A DNA stretch of 63,795 bases, filler included, from Phoronis australis (lineage: Eukaryota > Animalia > Phoronida), in NCBI GenBank assembly GCA_002633005.1. It is 5 parts of 5 records of this genome, joined end to end, with 100 filler letters (N's around TTAATTAATTAA, not from the genome) between each part and the next. Parts side by side here need not be neighbours in the genome. Positions count along the whole stretch, not along the records: positions 58,897 to 62,487 come from NMRA01002946.1; positions 62,588 to 63,795 come from NMRA01002230.1; 3 more parts are not named here. One strand, written 5' to 3'. The notes under the pieces are model-generated. The model worked only from the letters and a program-made list of their open reading frames with translations. It was not told where the DNA came from and ran no database searches. The position numbers and the translations under genes are program-made. The stretch's first letter is position 1. Every line of letters begins with the position of its first letter. Below are positions 60,253-63,795 of the stretch, piece after piece.

Positions 60253-62097
60253 GACTTAAGAATGTGGGTATACTGGGGAATATAATCAAAGACGTTAAAC
60301 GTAGATCTGACATCGTGCATTATAATTAATTCATTTTCAAATTATATCATTTATTAATTCAATTAGAGATGGCTTTTCAGTAACCCATATAGATTTCAGT
60401 TTTGCCAAAGTGGCCTTTGCTTCGGCGGCTGTCAAGGAAAATTATTTCGGTGACATTTGCCTTTTTGTAAATGCTGTGTCACTGAAAAGGTTTATCTAAA
60501 AAGCTAATTCTCCAGAATATGTTTTAAATAATACCTCTAATGCAGATTTTTTCTTTTAAGTATCACCCCCTCTCTCTGCACACATAGTCCCTTTATATGT
60601 ACATGTAGGAATTTGTCCCCTGACACAATAATTAGTCCGAGTGCTGGTTTGGTCTTTTGAATGGACTATTTGACGATACTGTATATTCCCCAGATCATTT
60701 ACCCAGACAGTGGGAGTACCCCACTAATGTCTCCCCCTGTCAAGTGAATGTTCTTGAGTCAACGAGTCGAGAATATATCCTTATTCAGCTATAATAGATA
60801 ACATGTAGTGATTCCTTCGTTTAATTAACCTAAGATAAAACTCGGTACAAAGTTTTTCCAGGTGTTCAGTTTCCCAAGAGTGCGTGTGCATCTCAAGCGC
60901 ATATTCTCAGGTACACGCTCAATGAGATCTCACCAATGTTGACTCCAATGTAAGTCAGTTCTCTCGTCATTTCAAATAAATTACACGTTACGAGCTCGGT
61001 ATACTTGTCACAATATATTCGATACGCTTCGCCGAGGCGTCTACTGAACCATGGACGGACAACTAAAAAAGAAGGTCGAGACACATTTTCAACGATTCAT
61101 ATATTCGCAGAGGAGATGAATTAGCTATAACAACACTAGATGCCACAGGATTGTGTAAAAGGACACCAAACCCGGTTTTTGACTACTATTAACTGATATT
61201 GAAAACGACTTTACCATCCAGTTGTCGGAAACAAAATAAGGCTTTGTAACCTTCAAAAGTTTTGAGCCAAATTTAAAAACTTTAAAATTTGCTAAAAGGG
61301 CAAGAGTGACCTACCCTTTACATGAACTGTAGGAAAAGGCTATCCATACTATAAAATTTGTGACTCTAGAAAGCATAAATTTTTACTTGAATCCTGTTTA
61401 TATCACTTATGTGGGACGCCAGTGATGCATTAGCAAGTGACTGAACCAGAATTGATGGAAATCACCAAAACAGGGCTTTGTATCCTTTTAATGTAAAAAA
61501 ACGTCGCAGGATATTTTCACAGTTGAACGAATGTTTGTGCAAACTGCTCTCAGCCGCGGCGTTAGGCAAGCGGTCTTGCATGCGTTGGCGGTGCACTAAC
61601 CGCTGCCGCTCAAACCACCGATTTTTTTCTAAAACCGAGTCCGGCGGGGACCTACATGTGCATTTGCATTACGTAATCACTCTTGTTGCGCCTATAGAAC
61701 GTCTGGTCTACATTAAGGTGCACAGTTGCTGAATCAAGATTACGTATTCTTAATGCAAAGTCTATCACCAACGGTAGATGTACCTGTGAACAATAACACC
61801 CGTTTCCGTGACACTGAAAAGCTCTTTCGCATTCCTGCTACGCCTACATTTGCAGTGATCTACTCACAACAGTGAAAAGTTTACACACTAGTCACTGTCG
61901 CGTCACGGCTTCCGCTGAGCTTATTTGAATAGCAATGACAGCAGTTAAAGGGCAATAAACTCAAACGTTCTGTTTAACACAACTTTTGATTTAGACTGAC
62001 TCCATCTCCTTCCGTATTCACGTTACAAATGATTTTTAGACTTGAGAAGGATAGATGGTTATTACAACAGAGCAGGACCATTGCAGTGCTTGTCAGG

Positions 62098-62137
62098 GTG
62101 GGTTAACGTGGGTTAACGTGGGTTAACGTGGGTTAAC
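62098..62137. repeat. (GTGGGTTAAC)x4
   Basis: Four perfect 10-bp units. Confidence 0.95.
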
Positions 62138-63407
62138 GGTTTTAGATGGCACCGGGGAAATTCCACGCGTTTTAAAGAGCGAGAGTGCTATGACGTTGCA
62201 TTGGAAGAGCAAATAGTACGCCTCTCAGTAAAGAAGGTTAATGTTTTTATCACCAGAACAGGATTTATAGACTAAACTAAAATATAAACAATCGTTATAA
62301 ACTATAAATATTTTTCAAACAAAGTACAAATAATTTTCATAGAATGTAACTATTTTTAAAAAATACATTTTATATATTTATTGAATGTTGAAACAAATTC
62401 CGCGCCAGAGCATGGCTGACGCCGAGTTTTTATGCGACTACGACTACTGCTACCACCCCTTGTGTCAGTGTTGCTGTTTACTTGTACNNNNNNNNNNNNN
62501 NNNNNNNNNNNNNNNNNNNNNNNNNNNNNNNTTAATTAATTAANNNNNNNNNNNNNNNNNNNNNNNNNNNNNNNNNNNNNNNNNNNNCTGCTTTGAAAAA
62601 GAGCCCCCACTGTGAGCCTTCAGAGGCTTCCTAGTAATCATTACAATGTGTGTGTCCAAACTTAAAGGTTCCTATTGACAGTGGGCGTCCAAATGATACA
62701 TTGGGCGTCCTTGCCAGGGCCTCCATATTAGTGCTGGGGCGTCCATTTGGACGCCCAGGACGTACGCTGCATGAAGGCCTGATGCATAGATGTGTACAAA
62801 GACAAAAATAAAATTGGACCAACCTTCTCAATCATTATTAATTAAGTGTAAATGACAACTTTTTTCGCCTGAGACATGAATTATAAATAAAACTGATACC
62901 TAATTTACTAACAATAGTGCTAGTCCTCAAGAAAACTAACTGGTACTGAGTTCCTCTATATTAGCTTGCGTGCACCCCGTAGCTGTGGGAGAATATATAT
63001 AGAATAGCTGATAGTGGTGTTTAATATTCATAAGTCAAACGAATACAGTCTGGTCAGACCTCCAGGCTCCAGCTGTGTCTGTGTGTTTTACTCAGGTTCG
63101 TAGTAAGTACTCTCACTTTGAGCAGGCTGAGTGAAGCTAACCCAAGACAAGCTGTTCGAGTAGTTTTAGTACTATTTCAGCACACCACATAGCCAGGGTT
63201 TCCATCTTGTAGCACTCAGGAGACAAGATGTTACAAAGATTTCCAGTGACTTAAAGTGCATTCCAGTGTGTTCAGATATTTCTTAGTGTATCAATGCATT
63301 CTACTATGTTGGTAAAGGGACACACAACATTACCAGCTGGTGTCAATGTCAACAAACTAGCGTCAGTGACCAACAGTGACAGTGTCTAGCTAGTATCGTC
63401 CGGTTAC

Positions 63408-63570
63408 CTATTTTCGTCAGGCTCCAAAGTTCGTCCACCATCTTGTTTCGCGTGCAGCGCAACCACGCGGGACTTAGCGTTCCAATTTGGAGTTCTCGTC
63501 TGCACGTTAGGTACTAACTTATCGGAAGAGACACGTATCAAAGTAATGAGACAAAAATCGGTGAGTTTAC
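63408..63570. promoter_or_regulatory. Candidate bidirectional promoter with divergent first exons
   Basis: CpG-rich patch. Minus strand: caagATG GTG GAC … ATA G|gtaacc (63441-63408). Plus strand: ETS-like CGGAAG (~63524) and strong donor CG|gtgagt (63560/61). Confidence 0.4.
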
Positions 63571-63795
63571 CGATTGTTTTTTAAAACCACTTAAAAATCA
63601 GTAGATTTTACTAATACACTTTTTTGTGCGTTTTCAGAAGATGTTTTCGAATTTGAATTTTCTTCCGACGGGACACAAAACATGATCCAGGGTTTGTTTA
63701 TGCAATGTATCTGTTTTTCCCAGGCACTAGTAGGATCTAGAAGGCCAAAGGAAAAATCCGCAGACAAATGCGATACGCTGGGTTCTTAACATTTT

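Noticed and set aside
61560-61640. THAP-like SCMRWRCTNR on the plus strand
   Set aside because: No initiator in a suitable position and no remainder of the domain.

Overview
Animal genomic DNA: AT-rich, intron-rich, GT-AG splicing. It is probably an invertebrate deuterostome, inferred from the Tie-like gene and the Gmr1-type retroelement. It is a draft assembly with four 100-nt N44-TTAATTAATTAA-N44 linkers, one plain N gap and several single-N contig joins. Main content: (1) a complete minus-strand RUNDC1 gene (12 coding exons, 24663->3711, 546 aa) with one exon present twice around an N join; (2) a decayed Ty3/Gypsy LTR retrotransposon with the inverted Gmr1-type order gag-PR-IN-RT-RH and a probable 3' LTR (27869-32548); (3) a minus-strand gene, partly missed by the ORF track, reading putative signal peptide + Tie-type Ig1-Ig2-EGF, followed across a scaffold gap by a kringle exon, with no transmembrane or kinase exons seen; (4) many TE relics: L2/CR1-like RT fragments, an I-group zinc-knuckle fragment, a HERO-like restriction-like endonuclease fragment, a TTAA-flanked Kolobok-like element, pogo-type and Harbinger-type MITEs, and Helentron-like HINEs carrying CTCF-like motifs; (5) several minisatellites. 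All calls come from manual reading and remembered family motifs; no searches were run.
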